64,000 nucleotides of DNA, from the NCBI GenBank assembly GCA_951406725.2, contig OX597815.1, positions 138,880,001 to 138,944,000 of the forward strand, written 5' to 3'. Shown here in pieces: positions 12,971-28,117 of this stretch (position 1 is its first letter; each line of letters opens with the position of its first letter). Both the position numbers and the translations under genes were made by a program. This stretch comes from Octopus vulgaris (Eukaryota). Under the pieces are notes generated by a model. The model searched no databases, was not told the DNA's origin, and worked only from the letters and a program-made list of their open reading frames with translations.

Positions 12971-15273
12971 ACTTTTAATCTGCATGTTTGTTACAATCAG
13001 TTGTTGAGACACAACGAGCGTCATAGGGCGTCATAAGACATGTTACAGTATGACTAAAATCCCGGGGAGGAGAAGTGGCAGGGCAGTAGTGAAATATCTT
13101 CATGTAATACAACACATACATCTGTACTGAGAGGGTTTTTTCTCAGGATGTGGGCAGGACTTGTCAGAACAATCTTTTGGATTTCTCTGAGACATGGTTC
13201 TCTTTGGATATTTTCTAGATGTTTCTGACATCCTTTTCTCCACAATAACAAAAATAGTTCTCGCTTTAAGATGCTACAACTTCTGTATTTCAATGTCCAG
13301 GTTTTAACATTTATTTAATTTGTCAAATTCTTTTACAGATATATTTTAATCAGTGGGAACACTTACATCTATTAGTATACAAGTATTTTTTACATTGTCT
13401 GATCGATTAGCCTGGATCGTTCTGTGGGCTTTGACTGGAAAATCCCAGAGGATAGTGATATTTTTACCTTCAACGACTGGCTCAGGATGATGTTCATACC
13501 AGTTAGCAGGAGTACTAATTTTGTAGTGTTTACACATTTCCCAATATAACTACTGTTCTACTGTATTGTGGAAGCAGAAGATATTCCGAGACGAGATGGT
13601 CTATTCTTTCGTCGAATTTAACGCAGAAACTGCAATTAGGGTCAAAACCATTTTGAAGGACGTTAGCCTGGTAGTTTTTGGTAAGCAAGCTTTGATCTTA
13701 TGCCGCTAATATGAAACATTCAGTCCCTACTTTCAGTCCTGGGCTTCTCACTTACTGATGGATTGTTGCTTGGTCTACATCAGCACTTCGGCTTCAAAGT
13801 ATATACTGTCCATGCAGAGGCTTCTGTCTCCACCGCTCCTGAATTTGTCTCTGTTCGTTCTTTTTTCTAGTCTGTTTTGCTTATTTCTACTTTTGCTTAT
13901 TTGGTGGCAGTTGTTTCAGGTCCTTCATCTAATTGGAGGTTAATGCCAACTTCCTTTGCAAATTTGCAAGCTTCCTTGACAATGGAATGTGATTTATTGC
14001 TGCTTTCGTGTTTGTACACAAACCACAGCAGCCAGTCCTTTGAACTAGATAAGTACTTGTTGCTATTTTGGAGGTCTTATAACACAGTTCTTCCTGCATT
14101 ATTCTTCTTCCCCCATTTTTTCTAGGTAGGTACAAACGATCAACGTCTGCTTTTGGATGCTACATGTTCTTAGATGTTAGTAGTTTTCTTGTCTTCCCGT
14201 CCAGGTGTTCTGTAAGATTCCAGTTAATGATGTTAAAACTACAAGTAGACCTAGATGCTAAGAACACTCATCCATGCATACTGTTTGTGTACATTGAACT
14301 GTTTTTGTCTACATCTAACTTTAATACCGCATTTCTGATTTGCCCCATTAGCAGTTAAGTAAATGAGGGCATTTTCTCTACTCTTCCCAAGGAATTGACG
14401 TATCAGCTTTCCAAGTGCTTCAATTTCTTTGATTAATTTTTATTCTTATTAGTATCAATAATTTTGGGAATTGGGGCTCTGTCGTGGAAAGGTTGATGTA
14501 GTTGTATTACATATTGTTTTAGTATTCCATCTAACAGTTCATTGCTGACGCGATCATTTATAGTGTTTTTAGTATCAACTGATGATCCACCTTCATAAGG
14601 TTCTGTGTACCAAGTTTACTCGTTTGAGTTAGGGATTTCCGAGCTAGTGGGTATAAGTGAGTGTGTGTTATACTGAGCTGACTTTTGACTGATCTGATTA
14701 TTTTGTCAATTTCGCAGTCAGGTAGTCTTTTATCTTTTAGGATAACAGGTCTCACAGCTCCTAGTTTATTACTACCCATTCTATGCCGGTTTTTGTACCT
14801 CCAGATGAAGGTCTCTTTTTTGTATGGGTGATGTTTCTGGGTTTAGTGGTGAATAATAATAAGCATGCATAATTTCGATATATATTCTGTCTTGTATCTC
14901 TATTTTTTGGGCATATGTTTGGTAGTTGATCCTGAGCATCAATTTCGGGAATATCCCTGGTTTGATTAGCTACAGGTTTTGTAGGAGGTTGGTCTTGATT
15001 TAAAGACTTTTCGCGTTCACTGTCAGAACCTAAAGTCACTGGTGATCATGTATTTCGAACGACACGGGTTGGTATCCAGGGTTGTGGTATAAGAGCACAG
15101 AGTTAACCGGTTTTCTGGATCCTGTGGTAAGATTCAGAGGTCCCAGGCATCATCATTTTACGGGGAGCAAGAAACAAAATATTTTGAGAAGTTTTAAATT
15201 TGTTCATCTCATGCCCTGCTGTCTGGAAGGTGTCAAAAGAAGGCAGATATTGAGTTGACAGCCAGAGGGTGAC

Positions 15274-15305
<32 letters not shown>

Positions 15306-15540
15306 GACAGAGCCAACGTGCAGTCTCCTATTAGCATTACCTCCGAGCTATTTCCAGTAGGATGCTGATGGCGTTGGTGGCTGCGGTGGCAGAAGTTGTA
15401 ATGAGATTGTATGTGTTCTCTCAGCAGGATGTAAACGCTGTCGCATGAGTGTGTTTGTCTCCAGGCAAATCATATTATTATTGTTATTTGAAAGAGTAGT
15501 AGTTGTAGCAGCAGCAACAATAACAATAGGAGTGCGAACA
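12971..15540 (-). mobile_element. Internally deleted, decayed R4/Dong-type LINE with restriction-like endonuclease C-terminus
   Basis: YLPRKNGGR; WYEHHPEPVVEGKNITILWDFPVKAHRTIQANRSD..CILIDVSVPTD; IQKIVLTSPAHILRK; ends in (AAT)n on the minus strand; most of the RT appears missing near 14360. Confidence 0.8.
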
Positions 15541-16329
15541 GGAAGCAAAAGAAGCTTCGCACCCTTGCAGTCAGCAGAGGTTAAATATGTTTACTACTAA
15601 AAGCGATCAATGAGTGGGATGACCTTGGCCTTGGAAAGGGCCAACTCACACTGTTCTGTTTTAATTACAAATAGGAAAAAAACAATAATAATACATATAC
15701 ATACACACACACATATATATTGATATTTATATAGTTGAATTTTTCTTGCCTTTTTATAGGTTTTACCGTGGTTTAGTTTTCGTAATTGTGTAGTGTGTAT
15801 ATATTGGTAGTTCTTTATCTCCTAAAGTTTCAATGTTTTTAGAGATATCGTGTGTGTCTACTGCCAGAGAAAATTGTGGTTATGTAAGATTTTCAACTTA
15901 TTTTGGAGGAAATGTTTGTCGTGCATTTAATAGCGTTGTTGGAATAAAAGGTACGTTTACATATTCGAGTAGTCAGGAAGAAAAGAAGGGCAAACTTTCA
16001 CAGTGAACTGTAACTATCAAAGTTTTTAAATTTTATAATTTGTTTGTTTGACCAGAGGAAACTGTAGTGTTCTTGAACTAAAAGGATGCTTACATTTTCG
16101 AATACTCAGGAAAGGACAGGGATTCACAGAAAGTTGTAGGCATTACAGTTTCAAAGTTTTAAAAATGATCAATTTTGAGTTCGGCCAGAAAAACTTGTAG
16201 GTATGAAAGATTTTCAACTTCTTTTGAAGGAAATGTAAAATACTCACAAGAAATTGTAGATATTCCAGTCTTTTGAGATTATTTTTCAGTTGTTCTGTTG
16301 GTTGATCACAGAAGTGAAAAACACGTCCA

Positions 16330-16537
16330 AAGCTGGCAGAATCGTTAGCACTCCGGACGAAATGCCTAGTAGTATTTCAACTGTCTATACTTTTTGTGTT
16401 CAAATTCCGCCAAGGTCGACTTTGCCTTTCATCCTTTCGGGGTCGATAAATTAAGTACCAGTTGCGTACTGAGAGCGATCGGATCGACTGGCCCCACCCC
16501 CGCAAAATGTCAGTCCTTGTGCCTATAGTAGAAAGAA
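16330..16537 (+). mobile_element. tRNA-derived SINE family B
   Basis: GCTGGCAGAATCGTTAGCAC...GTTCAAATTCCGCC (B box)...CCTTTCATCCTTTCGGGGTCGATAAATTAAGTACCAG; partial copies at 27325-27450(+), 50415-50490(-), 56020-56220(-). Confidence 0.8.
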
Positions 16538-16817
16538 TTTGTAGACCATTAATCTAAGTACACTATATTGTTCATTTACAAAGTCATGTGATAGAGAATA
16601 GGGGGAAGAAAGACAGAGAGAAAAGGAAAAAAATGTAAAAGTAAACGTAGAAAATAAAGGGCAAGAAAGCACAGAAAATTCACAGCGATAGTGCTCTTCT
16701 CAATACGTGTGACGTAACAGTTAAGATAATCTTTTGCACTCCCTGCATTGATGGTAATCCAGGTATCATTCTTAAGTAATTTTCAGTTCTTTTATTATTA
16801 TTAATTTATGATTGTAT

Positions 16818-16823
16818 GATAAT

Positions 16824-16902
<79 letters not shown>

Positions 16903-16990
16903 GTAGTAGTAGTAATAATAATAATAATAATAGTAGTAGTAATAATAATAATAATCATAATAATAATAATGATAACAATAATAATAATGG

Positions 16991-17056
<66 letters not shown>
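16818..17056. repeat. (AAC)n/(AAT)n/(AGT)n array
   Basis: Directly visible. Confidence 0.95.
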
Positions 17057-17580
17057 GGCTCTCATGGCTTCTGATCTTAACTGATTGGAAGTGTTATCAT
17101 GTACATTGTTTTGTCTTGGTATAAAAGATGGGCTACAGCAAATATTCTGCTCAATACCACAGATTTGCTTGTCAGTTGTTTGACCGTAACCAGTTGTGCA
17201 TGTCCCTTAGTGGCTGACGATATGTGCATCTCTGATCACGAGCAGAAGTAGTGGGGGAGCATCATAGCCATGTGTTGAGAAGGATTCTTCGGGGTTTGAA
17301 TAATTCACCTCTGGAAACATGGGTGTTGTCCTTAAACAACCCTTATTCAGGGACATTTTGAGCGGGATGGGTTACTCGATCTGAAGAAAATTCTAACTGG
17401 GCTCCACCTGCAAGGTCATGTGCTGTTTATCTTGATATGAGATCACCATGTCGCGCACATAAGGTTGTGATGCATGTGCCTGGTGTACCCTTATCAGACG
17501 AGTAGTCATGATGGGTATACTGGGCTTCGTATATTTTATCCCAGTGTCACTTTGATGGCATGCTCTGCTCGCTCACTCAA
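17057..17580 (+). mobile_element. ~550-bp non-coding interspersed repeat inserted in (AAT)n
   Basis: High identity to 60824-61126(+) over its 5' part and to 63556-63650(-) at its 3' end; trinucleotide flanks in all copies. Confidence 0.8.
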
Positions 17581-17603
17581 TTATAATAATAATAATAATA
17601 ATA

Positions 17604-17669
<66 letters not shown>

Positions 17670-17799
17670 GTCATCATTATTATTTTATTGTCTTTGCACG
17701 GCTTCTAAAGCTGGAGATGTACTGCAGCGCTAGCTGTTCACTGCCAGTGAAGTAAGGTAACACTCCTTATTCTTCGAGCACCAGTGTATGGAGAAGATT

Positions 17800-18680
17800 A
17801 TATGAGACGGATACGTTCAAACGTTTCTAATATGGCCGAAAAGATATCGACAGCGACTTGAGTTCTGGGAGAGCCACAACCAGCAGAACTGATGAAAACA
17901 TCTCAGATGTACGTGCAACTGTTAGGGACGACAGTCGAATTCCCGAGAGTAAGTTGTTGGTAGATCTGCACATTAGTTATGTTTCCGTTTAGGCCATTAT
18001 CTTTAAATATTTGGATATGCTCAGTTGACTAAAATGCGTAGGATCTCCTTGACTGTGTCGAGGATGACGAATATTTTTTCGAAACGAGCATAATAAGTGA
18101 CGAATCGCAGGTCTATGGCTATGATGTAGAAACCAAAACTCAGTCTTCGTGGTGGAAGATCCCAACAACTCCGAGACCGAAGAAAACACGAATAAGTTCA
18201 AGCAATGTTCACAGATGTCTTCGACTGCAAAAGCATTGTTCATCATGAGTATGTTCCATGGTAAACAAGGATACTACTGTGTCATTTGCTGGATGCTGCT
18301 CATCGTAAATGGACAGAATTACATGCGTCAAGTAAGTGGAAAATCCACCATGACAAGCCAACTGTTCATTCAGCGTTACTTCTGCAGTAGATTTACGTAA
18401 AGAAACACATTTCCCAGATTCCAAAACCACCACATCCGTCAGACTTCTTTCGCAATGACGTTTGCCTCTTTTTAAAAATCAAATCCTGCTTGACAGGAAC
18501 AAGAGTTCAAGAGGTGGAAGGAATCCAAGAAAATGCGATTAGACAGCTGCTTTCTATTGCCAAAAAATAAAATGAGTTCCGGGAAAGCTTCAATTAATGG
18601 AAACAATTCTGGATTAAGTGTGTGGCTTCAGAAGGAGAGTACATGGAAAGAGATAAAAAATGCCGAATTGATATATATAT
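17800..18680 (+). mobile_element. Decayed mariner transposase
   Basis: SGRATTSRTDENISDVRATVRDD and C-terminal FLKIKSCLTGTRVQEVEGIQEN...WIKCVASEGEYMERDK. Confidence 0.75.
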
Positions 18681-18695
18681 TAAAAAAAACAACAT

Positions 18696-19550
18696 ACGGA
18701 AATCGTCAAAACATAACAAGCAGAAAAAGGACGATAGCACAATAACGGCAAACATGACAAAACGAGATGCATGGATCATTCGCAGCCAATTGCTTCATCA
18801 GTCGGAGTCTGTAATGTCTACGTAGTTTCGCCCAATCCTCTCCGATACTACTCGAAACCAGTTGGGCCAAAGGCTTAAGCTGAAGGCAGTTAAGCCCCTG
18901 AGCAAGACAAACACAAGGAAATAACAAACAGAAGGGTCTTTCAAATATCGGACGAACGTAACATAAAAAATAGAATTATACATATACAGCGGGCAGAATC
19001 CTTTCGGCTATACCATAAAGATAAAATAAAATAAAACCAAACAGAGGTTTTCGACTATCAAACAGTGTAGTAAGCTAGCGCAAGGAAAAAGGAAATGGAA
19101 AAATCTTAACTGACAGGGTGGAGAGAGAGAACAGATGCGACTGACCTCAAAGGCGGACGGCCGAAAAAGAACGACAATGCATACACCGGACACCGAATAG
19201 GAGAGAGGGGAAAGAAATGAGAGGGACCAAATAATGAGAGGGAGGGATCACAGAATGTGAAGTAGGGAGACAGAAAGAGAGAGAGAGAGGGGGGGAGGGG
19301 TACAAGGGAGGTGAGAAAGGAAAGCAAAGGCGTTTGAGAGATAAGAGGGAGGGGGGAAGAGATTAAGGAATACGAGAGAGGGAAAATGAAATCAGAGGGA
19401 GAGAGAAAAGATGGAGAGAGAGACTTCGACTGAAAAAGCAATTGGCTGCGAATGATACGTGTATCTTGTTTTGTCCTGTTTGCCGCTGTTGTGCTCTCGT
19501 CCTTTCCCTGCTTATCTTTTGACGATTTCCGTTTGCCGATTTTTACCTTT
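18696..19550. mobile_element. Inverted-repeat element (probable PLE pLTR pair) around a GA-rich core
   Basis: 18696-18810 is the imperfect reverse complement of 19421-19532; CTGATGA-A-GCA..TGC-GAA core on the minus strand at 18801. Confidence 0.55.
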
Positions 19551-19646
19551 GATGTATACATACATATACGTAAATACAGACACACACACACATATATGCA
19601 TGTATGTATGTATGTATGTATGTATGTATGTATGTATGTATGTATG

Positions 19647-19718
<72 letters not shown>

Positions 19719-19721
<3 letters not shown>

Positions 19722-19800
19722 GAAATTTACAGAAAACAAAAGACGAAGACAAGTGAGGAAACAAGAAGTTGGTGTATTAGTTTGACGCTTGGGAAGAATA
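19719..19800 (-). mobile_element. PLE pLTR-like terminus abutting (TA)n
   Basis: GTTGAAATTTACAGAAAACAAAAGACGAAGACAAG..., near-identical to 23899-23980. Confidence 0.6.
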
Positions 19801-19861
19801 CACACACATACACACACACAAGCACACACGCATACTGTGTGATAATTTGTGTGCGTGTGTT

Positions 19862-19971
19862 TGTGTGGCTGTAGAAGGAGCGTACATCAAAGGAGATAAA
19901 AATTGCCGAATTGATATATGTTGTACTTTTCTTTTTATAGCAACAATTCCGATACTCTTTGATCACACCTC

Positions 19972-19972
<1 letters not shown>
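19862..19972 (+). mobile_element. Mariner 3' end with TIR
   Basis: [13 protein letters not shown] followed by ...CTCTTTGATCACACCTCG|TA; similar to 18620-18680. Confidence 0.75.
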
Positions 19973-20036
<64 letters not shown>

Positions 20037-20302
20037 TATCCCTTCATCAGAGACGGTGCGAGAAAATGTTTGTTAGTTGTTATGGAGAAGATATGAAATA
20101 CAGAGTGAAGTGGAGGAATGAAAACTGACGTGAGATATGTAAGGATATTGTATCTGTAGTTCCATTATTTGAGCAGTATGGCGTATATATAAGTTTTCTG
20201 TACCATGTGTGTGGGTTCCAATTGTGTTTATAATTGGTCATTCGAAGCATAGAATCTTGTAAACAGTGATGTGTGTCTAAATATATACATATATATATAT
20301 TA

Positions 20303-20353
<51 letters not shown>

Positions 20354-22203
20354 TCGTACACACACGCACACCCACAAACACACACACACACAAACAATTG
20401 GAGCGTGGAGGATGTTTATAAGCCATTTAATAACACAAAAACCGTTAGATTCACTTCAACATTTAAATTTAATTTGCAAAAATATTTTCAACGCTTTGTG
20501 ACCGCGACCTGTTGATTGACAGTATTCCACGCTGCAAATGAGAAAGTACCTGTTAGTTCATGATATATATGTACGTATGTATGTATATATGTATGTATAT
20601 ATGTATGCATGTATACATACACGCACACATATATACATACACGCACACATATATATATATATATATATGTGCGTGCGTGTGTTCCTCTCACCACAGTCTT
20701 AGATACAGTGTCTTAGATATATACATGCAAATATAAACCTATATATACATATATACAAGCACACAGAATCATTTAAACATGTGTGCACACTGACATATAC
20801 ACGTATTATCTTAAAGTATACACATATATACGCTAATCCATAGATACATATTAATTCATGTACACTCATACGATTATATATAACTACATATATGTATTTC
20901 AGCATCATGCATCTCAACATGTATGTATGAATTTCTACATGTAAAAGAAAGACAGGTGTGATTATAGAATGGGTACTGCCCAGTGGAATCTGTGTGCTCC
21001 CCTATTCGGATATATAATAATACACCTTTTGGAGATAAGTATACATTTTTATTTAAGAAATATTATTGTACTCTATATAAATATTGATTGTTAAATATGA
21101 ATTTCTAATTTATTATTTGTTAATGATAATTTAGATATGTACATTTATTTAATTATTATTATTTTATAATTATTATATCTGAACGTAAATTTGAAAATAT
21201 TAGTTTGTCACTTTCTGATTTAGATCGTAAAAATGTTTTAATTTAACTAAAAGTTCTTATTATATTTTTAGTCTTATTATATTTTTAGTACTATTACATT
21301 TAATAATAATAGTAATAATAAGTATTTTATAAACGATGTTATACATTTTTACTTTGGAATTTTTCATTTCTTATTTTTTTATTTCATATATATTTTCGAA
21401 GGATATTCATAATATTTATGTAAGTAACACTAGAGTAATTTATTTATTGTATATATTTATTGTTTATATTATTGTTTATTGATAGAAAAAATAAGGATTT
21501 TTAATTACTATATTTGTTGATTATAATTTAGAAACGTACTTTTATATATTTATTATTTTATAATTATCATATGTGAACTAAAATCTAAAAATATTAAGAG
21601 TGTTTGTTTTGTAAAATAGTTTGGTAATTAAATATTAGAGTATAACTAGGATAAATATATTCTATAGTTTATTAATGTTTTTATTAAGCTAAATTATATC
21701 TTCACAGATAAACACATTTTTCTATCTATTTACTCTATTTTTAAATATTTAACATAATAAATATATTGTAGGCAACTTGTCCTAATGTTTTAAATTTAGT
21801 TAATGGAGTTTCTTCTATAATTGAATTTATTAAATAAATATTGTTTAATTTCTACTTGCTTATTTATTTAACTATTATTTTTATTATTGTTAACCTGAAA
21901 AGTGACTATAATTTTTAACTGAATTGATTTTCGATTAAATTTAAATTTAATTGTAATCCGAATTTAATTTTAGTCATGAAAGGTACGTAGTTTTGTTACT
22001 TACATATTGATTATTCATTTTTGCTCTTTATGTGCCCTAGTTATATATTTTAAAAAATATATATTATTTTTATTTATGATTTGGTTTATATCTATCATTG
22101 TTTGAATTGCATAATAGTGTTTTTTCTCTAATTTATATATTTATATTTATATTTTGAAATTTGATTTTAATACTAAATTGAATTTTTCCCTGTTATACTC
22201 CCT

Positions 22204-23638
<1,435 letters not shown>

Positions 23639-23697
23639 TATATATATATATATATATATATATAGTCTTCCGATGGTCATCCCTTGTCGTAGTGGAT

Positions 23698-23795
23698 AAA
23701 CGTAAAAGGCTTTTCAATTTCCTGAGCGTTATACTATTACATCTGTTTGTTTTATATATCACCTGTCTTCGTCTTTTGTTATTTTCGTGAACTCT

Positions 23796-23873
<78 letters not shown>

Positions 23874-23980
23874 TTATGTATGTATGTATATGTATATAGT
23901 TGAAATTTACAGAAAACAAAAGACGAAGACAAGCGAGGAAACAACAGGTGGGTGTATTAGTTTGACGTTTGGGAAGAATA
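23698..23980. mobile_element. Two PLE pLTR-like ends facing each other across (TA)n
   Basis: 23698-23798(+) ends ..TGTCTTCGTCTTTTGTT..CTCCC; 23899-23980 carries the related motif on the opposite strand. Confidence 0.6.
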
Positions 23981-24505
23981 CAGACACACACGCGTGCGCA
24001 CACACGCACATTTACATACGCACGCGCACGCACACACACATTCACATACGCGCGCACACACACAAACACACGCATATACGTGTGTGATATTTTGTGTGTG
24101 TATGTATGTGTGTGTATGTATGTTTGTGTGTGTGTGTGCGTATCATCATTCCTTGTTATGATCTTCAGTAGGGTGAATATCAACTGATTTCCAATCGTTT
24201 ACATTTTCCTGCTTTCTTAAACATTCCCCATTTGTTAGTTTACTTTAGTTCTCTAAGTTATCAAGCTTGTTTGTTCTAGTTCTTCCTCTGCAGCATTTGC
24301 TTTTTATCGCCCCTTCTAGTAAAAGTCATTGAAAACATTGTTCTCTATGTGCCCCAATTATTTTAGCTTCCTTATGTTTTTCCGTTTTGATAGTTGAGAA
24401 TAACGATCCTTTTATTTTATATTTCACATTTAAAATGCTTCTAATTTTTCAGATAAAATTTCCACTGATATAACTCTTCTATCTGAGAAGGGCATCACGC
24501 AAGAG

Positions 24506-24583
24506 CTGTGGTTCTTAACGATTGTTTTACCTATGAACCCCTTTGACGACTATTTTACTCTACTGGCTCTTCATAGCTGTTTA

Positions 24584-24623
<40 letters not shown>

Positions 24624-24787
24624 CACCCTTTTGTATTTTTAGAATTAAATATTGGAATTGTAAAATAGTTTTATAATATTTTGTGTATTTTAGAAGTATA
24701 AACAATTTATTTCCCAAATTGTAACAAAAAAATCTTTTATGCCCTCCCCGGTCCAATGGCCTTATAGAATCCGGTGGAGAACCACTG
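24506..24787. mobile_element. hAT (Charlie/Buster-like) MITE
   Basis: CTGTGGTTCTTAAC ... GTGGAGAACCACTG, matching the CAGTGGTTCTCAAC TIR type; 8-bp TSD only partly conserved (..AGAG). Confidence 0.65.
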
Positions 24788-27625
24788 TTTTAGAGAGGTA
24801 AAAGTGCAGTTTGCCTGTTGGAAGAAAAAGACAGATTCAAAACAACTGGAAATTATTTTTATATTCCTAAAATTTTCTTTGCATCTTGCAAGCTTTTCAA
24901 CAGTCAAGGCAATTGCAAACGTTGCAAGACGCAACGAAAATTTTAGGAAAATAAAATTAAGAAATAAGTGGAAATTTTACCGGTGAGTGTGTTACATTAT
25001 TAACTGGAAATTAGATTGCTTGTAATTGTTTATAATATAATTTACAAAATACTTAACTCCTTTCTTGATGTGCCAATTAAATCTGAGTTTATGCGTATAT
25101 TTTGACGATATGTAAACGAAAGGTTGAAAACAATTCGTTAGCAAGCAGTTTTCTTCGAAACCTATGATCCTGCCAATAAAGCAATTTTGTTTTGAATAAA
25201 TTATGTGTGAACATTAAGCGCTTAAAAATCACTTTACTTACAGTCTTCGCTTTGTATACTTGATAAAATCAAGGAAGATAAATTTTCACAAATATAAGAA
25301 TAAACATTACAACTTATATACTAATGAAGAAATTAGCTACGTATACTTAATATGGTTTGTTAAGTAAATCTTATTAGATACCTATACTGAATATGGAAGA
25401 AACCTTTTCTTATGTATGTATGATTGTCAAAGAGATCAATAAATCTATGTCTTAAATTAAATTAAGAGTCTTTTACAGTATTGTGTCATTGGATTATCTA
25501 GCTTTTAGATTTCCGAGTGTATGTTATGAATAATTTGAGAGGAGATTAAGAATGCAATTTAGATGAACACTGATAAATAACAAAGTTAAAATAGAGTTTA
25601 GTAAATCTTAGCAAGATAACACGACGTGTATCGGTTAATATATATATAGATAATAAAACGCCCATATAATCTACATAATGGTGGGTATGGGTAGTAGACA
25701 AATGGATGAAAGGAAATATAATTAAATGCTTATCTCATTAGATTAATTATTGCCATAAAGACCGTAAATAAATGTCCGAAGTATGATTGTTCAGCTTTGA
25801 TCGTGTAGATGGAGGATCTCAATCGAATATATTTAGATAGAAATGCAACAAACCCAATTCTGATTCGTAAACAACATCAAAGGCCGGGACAATTCTTTGG
25901 TGGGATTGTCGAAACCGGAATTAATATTGCAATATGAATAAATTTCAAGTAATATTTTAGAGTGACTGAACAACAAAGGGGATTACAAATTCAATTACAC
26001 GGTGTTATACATACCATCATGCAGCAATACGCAATAACATAGATTTATTTATTCCAATATATATAAATTAATAAAAACAATATTAACTGCCCATTGAATT
26101 ACTAAGTCATTTCAATGTTATAAAGAGGTTTATTATGAACAATAGATATTCTATTGCTCATATATTAAAACTGAACTATCAACTGTCGATTGTAACAACA
26201 CATATTCGTCGTTGTGCTTACGGTGAATTAATTCTCTCCGTCTCAGTGACTCATTGTATTGTATTGCTGATCTGTTCAATATTACATTATTATGACTTCA
26301 TTACAAATTAAATAAGACTTCAACTAAATAATATAATTCTACTTTGTTATAAAGAAGAGTTTTTTGAAGTGTGAAGCAAATATCTAATACACAGATATAA
26401 GGTATTTGGTTGGCAAATGTAGTACAATTCCTGCACGAAATTATATATTACATCTGTCTATGCAACAAAACGAGAAACCAAAATGTTGTCTACCATTACT
26501 ACACTAGCTACAAACATCCACTAAGTAGGAAATGATTCTATGCATATCTCACGAAAATGCTGATGCCATTTTAGCTGAAGAGATGATTAATAACAAATCT
26601 TTTTTAAAAAATTGACTCTTATAAAAGAGAGTGCTAACATTGTACGACGTTGTTGTACCTCAAGGTACAGTTCTCATCGAGCAAAACATGATGAAAAGAT
26701 TTGTCGACTTAAACACCCTGTCTATTTTAAGGTGTAATCTACCTTGTTTATTAACATGACTTCATGTGTCTTTCGATTTCTAAGACGATAATATAAAATA
26801 GTTACTATAGAGTTTGGTAGCAAGATAACAACATGTAAGATCATATGAACATAACAAAATAGCAATATAATCATAATCTGCAAATTCTTAGGCATGAAGG
26901 AATTGACAAAATCATAAAAGGAAAGTATATGTATATGCTTATCTCATTAAGTCTTTTATCATATTGATACTATTTGTAGAAGATAAAATAACAACGTAGA
27001 GACATTTTTTGTCATAAATTATCACAAAGATTGCTCATTTTCAATATTTTCTGTTATTACGACAGAGCATATACGAGATTTTTTCGGAAAATACCCAATC
27101 TTCACTTGTTGGTTAAGATTAAGAAAATGCTTTGTGTTTACAAAAAAATATAAAATAAATTGCAAAACATAAATTCGTTGATAATCTTTATTGCGAACAG
27201 AGCATCATTTTATGAAAATGGGTGGTAGAAATTTCTGCAATTTTTCCACTCCTTGAGCAATAATTATAAGACCTACAAATAGATTTATTGAACGTTAATA
27301 TTTCAGTTTGACAGTGTCAGCGTTCTGGCACAATCGTTAAAATGCCGGGAAAAATGCTTAGTAGCATTTGAGTCGTTCTGAGTTCTGAGTTCAAATTTCA
27401 CCGTGGTAAACTTCGTCGTTCATCCTCTCAGGGGTTGATAATATATAAGACTTGCACTTAGAATTCTTACCTTTTAAATCAAACCTTGTTATTTGTTATG
27501 GTGACAACACTATCTATCTATCTACCTATATGTCTGTCTGTCTGTCTGTCTACCTAGGTGGTTATCTTTCGTGCACACACACGTTCACACACACACTCTC
27601 TCTCAGTATTTCTTTCTCAACAACT

Positions 27626-28117
27626 TGTAGTGACGTCATGTTCCATTGTGCGCACATGCAACGTCATTCTTCAGTGTGCGTGTGCGGAGCGTCCTTCTTC
27701 AGTGTGCGTGTGCGGGGTTGGAACCTTCTGGAACCTTATGGAAAGGCATAAGGAAGTTCCCTCATGCACATGCGCTAGAGACTGAAGAAGAAATTCTATC
27801 GCGTTCCTTAATAGCGTCGGGGACTTGAGACACGGCGATAGAAGGGAAAGGACGTATTTTCATACGTGTGATCAGCCTATTCTCCTGTCCCAGACGCTTA
27901 GGATTTAACCTGTTCTATTAATGCTAAATTGTTGTAAGAAGCTTACAAACGTTAGAATTCGGCCTTGCTGTGTTGAAACAGAGAATAAAGAATTGTATAT
28001 ATTTTTAAACTTGCGTTTCGTTCCTGACTGGTAGTTTCTAGAAACAAAAAGAAAGGAAATTGTGTTGCACCCAAGTTGCACCCCAAAAGTGTAAAGAAGC
28101 ACCCAGTTCCCTTTACA
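27626..28117 (+). mobile_element. Solo LTR (probably Ty3/Gypsy), 492 bp
   Basis: Starts TGTAG, ends TTACA, 4-bp TSD AACT (27622-27625 and 28118-28121), AATAAA at 27984, GC-richer than the flanks. Confidence 0.8.

Noticed and set aside
15325-15430. HDV-like ribozyme in the Dong 5'UTR (minus strand, GCTAAT-AGGAG with upstream CTTCT)
   Set aside because: P1, P1.1 and P3 could not be assembled convincingly by eye.
21040-22200. Mitochondrial insertion (NUMT)
   Set aside because: No recognisable mt tRNA, rRNA or protein motif; AT richness alone is insufficient.
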